Source: Amoeboradix gromovi X-113 (Eukaryota; Fungi; Sanchytriomycota). Taken from it: a DNA stretch of 21,935 nt. The stretch lies in NCBI GenBank assembly GCA_018985225.1, contig JADGIF010000085.1:1-21935 (forward strand), read 5' to 3'. The position numbers were made by a program, and so were the translations under genes. The notes under the pieces were generated by a model. It worked only from the letters and a program-made list of their open reading frames with translations, did not search any database and was not told the DNA's origin. Below are positions 18,952 through 21,935 of the stretch, piece after piece. Positions within the stretch are counted from its first letter, which is position 1, and each line of letters begins with the position of its first letter.

Positions 18952-21753
18952 ATGTATTTATTCACAGATGATCAATTTACGCTTGTCTTGGAAGTAGAAA
19001 TCAATTCCAAAAAGATATACTTTGCTATATTCCATAATGGGCAGTTTATTAATTTCATCAAGGTTGATATTATCCAAAGTTCGCAGCCCAAGAAGCTACA
19101 AATTGAGGGTGTTATTGGACTATTCGAAGAGAAAGAATCGTCTAATCAACTTAATATGACTCCTTATTATCTATGTGTTGCTACTAAAATATCAAATGTT
19201 GCTCGCGACTATGATGAAATTCATAAAATTCAATTTGTTCACATTCCGAAGAAACCTACCCAATGGCTGGTTATAGACAACCTGTTACCTATCATGGATC
19301 AGCAACATCCACTCTATGATCTTGATCTTTATTTAAATGAACAACCTTTTTATCGCATATCCAAACTGAATGTTGATAATCAATATGTGTGGAATTATTC
19401 CTCTATAAAACCATTTATTAAGATATTAGACATGTACGACATAAGTCACTCTTGTCTTGTGTTTTTAGTTTTGGGATTTGTAGAACAATTAGTGGTTCCT
19501 CTTCAACAGCAGCAGATCGAGCTATCTGTAATCTCGCTTGTTAGTTCTAAACGAGCCGGTACCAGATACGCTAAACGAGGTATTGATGACCAAGGTTATT
19601 GCTCTAATCAAGTCTACTCTAGACTATTTATAAGTTTAAATTCAAAGTTCTGGTCGTTTGAATTAGTGCGTGCCAGTGTTCCTGCATTTTGGGAACAATC
19701 TGTCAATAAATGTACAATCACCCGTCCACTTCTTAGCACTCTTCCTGCCTGTTCTAACCATTTTACCCAATTGTTCAAAAACGGTAACTTTTTGTTACTA
19801 GTTAACCTTTTAGACAACAACGGGGTAGAAGGAGAGTTGAGCGATTTGTATGAAGCTCTTGTTAACGAAATGAGGCAACAGTTTTATGACTGTGAAATCG
19901 ATTACATTCATTTTCAATATTCGTCGCTTGTCAAACAAGCTCAAGATGTGTACCTGTTAAAACATCTACTTCTGCCCTCCCTTTCAAAATTAAAGTACAC
20001 TTATAATGCGAACAATGAATCTACTCAACAATTAGGGGTAATTCGCATAAACTGTCTCGATGTTCTGGATCGCACAAACGTCATTCATCATTTAATATTT
20101 ACAATGCTACTAGAAACAATGGCTAAGGACCATCCAGTTTTGAAGGCACTGCTACAGCCTCAGGTGTTGATGTCATTCAATGAGCTGTTTGCAAATCATG
20201 GTGACATTCTAAGCAAGATTTATACAGGAACCGGAGCAGTCAAATCAAGTTTCACTAGACATGGTAAAATGACCTGGGCGGGTGTGCTAGATGACGGACT
20301 GAAAAGCATAAACAGATATGTAAATACAATGACTACAGATGTTACTAAACAAATGGTAATAGAATGGTTTATTAACAACAAGTGCATTATTCAAAATGAT
20401 CTCACCGCTAGCGCGTACGCCTACTTGAAAGATCAGGAAGCCAAGTTTAAGAGCTTTAAGGAAATTGACATTTACTGCTGTACCTGGAATGTAAATGGAC
20501 AGCTTCCGTATGCCGATGTTACAGGAATAATTAAAAACAGCAGCAATGCATCAATTATATGCATTGGATTGCAAGAAATTGTAGAATTGACACCAAATCA
20601 AGTAATTAGTACAGATACTGAAAAGAAGCAGATATGGCTTAATAAATTCAACGATCTACTCGCAGGCTACCATTTGCTCAAGTGTTTACAATTGGTAGGT
20701 ACAGCTTTATTTGTTTTTGCTCATGATTCGATCCTTGGGGCTGTTTCCAAAGTGGACTACAAAATTAAAAAAACTGGTTTTAGTGGCATGGCTGGTAATA
20801 AGGGCGGCATTATGATATCGATGAATATTTTTGACTCATCATTTATCTTTATCACTTCTCATTTAGCAGCAGGGCAAGACCAAGTCATAGATAGACATAA
20901 GGACTTCAGTACAATTAATGAATCTATAGCAAATGTTGATAGTAAACCATGTATTATTTGGTGCGGTGATTTCAATTACAGAATTGATTTCTATACCAAT
21001 GAACAAATCAAGCAGCACATTAGTCAGGGTAATCTAAATTTATTACAGCAATATGATCAACTAATTAATGCTATGATGAATGGTGTCGCATTTGGCGATT
21101 ACATAGAACATCCGATTCAATTCAATCCTACGTATAAATATGATAACGGTACGGATTTATACGATACAAGTGAAAAACAAAGAAAGCCTGCTTGGACAGA
21201 TAGAATTGTTTTTAAAGGAGATTTGGGTTGTTTAGAATACAATAGTTTGCCCATGCGCGTCAGCGATCATAAGGCCGTATACGCATTATTCAAGAGCAGA
21301 GTGTTAGTCATAGATCATGCAAAAAGAAGGGAGTTGCTGCAACAGTGTTTACAATCAAGTAAAGTGAAACAGGAGTTAATTGACTTGAATGATAGCCATC
21401 ACAGTGATTTGCTAATCAAGACACCAGGGGATACTATGAAGAGAAGGATGAGTATGACGAAGAGAAAAGAAATAGTTCCGAAAAGATCGAGCCAGATTGG
21501 CAGTTTGATAGATCTGGAAACACCTCCAGAACTACCAAAGAGGATGGTAAGTGGAATAAACGAATTGAACATGATAAATAATATAGAGAACGTTAAACCA
21601 CCACTACTGCCCAGTAGGGAGAACCTATTGATAGACATTGCAGAGCCACCAATATTACCTAAGCGTAAAGTTCCCCCAGAAATACCGCCAAAACCAAGCA
21701 TGTCAAAGTCCTCATCGATAGCAGAGAAGATACAGCAATTGGGAATTGAATAA
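18952..21753 (+). CDS. Synaptojanin-like phosphoinositide phosphatase (Sac1 domain, 5-phosphatase domain, proline-rich tail; INP52/53 type)
   Basis: Sac1: RAGTRYAKRGID, RASVPAFWEQ, RINCLDVLDRTN. 5-phosphatase: TWNVNG, GLQE, GNKGG, SHLAAG, WCGDFNYRI, PTYKYD, PAWTDRI, SDHKAV. C-terminal PPxxPxR/K motifs. Confidence 0.95.
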   Translation: MYLFTDDQFTLVLEVEINSKKIYFAIFHNGQFINFIKVDIIQSSQPKKLQIEGVIGLFEEKESSNQLNMTPYYLCVATKISNVARDYDEIHKIQFVHIPKKPTQWLVIDNLLPIMDQQHPLYDLDLYLNEQPFYRISKLNVDNQYVWNYSSIKPFIKILDMYDISHSCLVFLVLGFVEQLVVPLQQQQIELSVISLVSSKRAGTRYAKRGIDDQGYCSNQVYSRLFISLNSKFWSFELVRASVPAFWEQSVNKCTITRPLLSTLPACSNHFTQLFKNGNFLLLVNLLDNNGVEGELSDLYEALVNEMRQQFYDCEIDYIHFQYSSLVKQAQDVYLLKHLLLPSLSKLKYTYNANNESTQQLGVIRINCLDVLDRTNVIHHLIFTMLLETMAKDHPVLKALLQPQVLMSFNELFANHGDILSKIYTGTGAVKSSFTRHGKMTWAGVLDDGLKSINRYVNTMTTDVTKQMVIEWFINNKCIIQNDLTASAYAYLKDQEAKFKSFKEIDIYCCTWNVNGQLPYADVTGIIKNSSNASIICIGLQEIVELTPNQVISTDTEKKQIWLNKFNDLLAGYHLLKCLQLVGTALFVFAHDSILGAVSKVDYKIKKTGFSGMAGNKGGIMISMNIFDSSFIFITSHLAAGQDQVIDRHKDFSTINESIANVDSKPCIIWCGDFNYRIDFYTNEQIKQHISQGNLNLLQQYDQLINAMMNGVAFGDYIEHPIQFNPTYKYDNGTDLYDTSEKQRKPAWTDRIVFKGDLGCLEYNSLPMRVSDHKAVYALFKSRVLVIDHAKRRELLQQCLQSSKVKQELIDLNDSHHSDLLIKTPGDTMKRRMSMTKRKEIVPKRSSQIGSLIDLETPPELPKRMVSGINELNMINNIENVKPPLLPSRENLLIDIAEPPILPKRKVPPEIPPKPSMSKSSSIAEKIQQLGIE

Positions 21754-21807
21754 ACAATTTAAGCCAAAAAGTTTTTTCTTGTTTCCCAGTAACTTGCACA
21801 AGTATAT

Positions 21808-21890
21808 GGGACACACTCTGTAAAAAGTAGACTGGGGGTAAAAAACGGGTGACGAGATTTACCCAGTTGAACTTTTCACAGCAGTGTCTC
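21808..21890. mobile_element. 83-bp hairpin mini-element with the same termini and ATAT TSD as the Fanzor element
   Basis: ATAT|GGGACACACTCTGTAAAAAGT … ACTTTTCACAGCAGTGTCTC|ATAT, with inner arms CTGGGGGTAAA/TTTACCCAG. Confidence 0.8.
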
Positions 21891-21935
21891 ATATTTCTTC
21901 ACCTAGGCAATAGGCGAAACTACTTTATCAGTGAT

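Noticed and set aside
5309-21892. Antisense or nested ORFs (5309, 8176, 8647, 8736, 9263, 10227, 12614, 19614, 21399, 21659)
   Set aside because: Shadow frames of well-supported genes.
1-21935. CRISPR array, tRNA/rRNA genes, or an alternative genetic code
   Set aside because: No repeat-spacer periodicity or RNA-gene signatures were seen. Conserved genes translate cleanly in the standard code once tiny introns are removed.

Overview
AT-rich, very gene-dense eukaryotic DNA read in the standard genetic code. The gene set and compaction suggest a reduced early-diverging fungus or fungus-like protist (inference). Housekeeping genes: Cdc25 phosphatase, Sen34-like tRNA endonuclease, KHDC4-like KH protein, ornithine decarboxylase, methylmalonate-semialdehyde dehydrogenase, PrimPol and a synaptojanin-like phosphatase. 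Two of these are split by tiny 19-20 nt GT-AG introns. The main feature is an apparently intact Fanzor1 RNA-guided nuclease in a 2.2-kb transposase-less element (3589-5802). It has GGGACA...TGTCTC ends, an ATAT target-site duplication (TSD) and a structured 3' end that is a candidate omegaRNA. An 83-bp hairpin mini-element at 21808-21890 has the same termini and the same ATAT duplication, making it a candidate stand-alone 'ghost' guide locus or MITE. Two related larger MITEs and several solo ends share these GRG...CYC, Sola2-like termini. Also present are a retropepsin-like ORF between ~202-bp direct repeats and a four-copy decayed repeat family.
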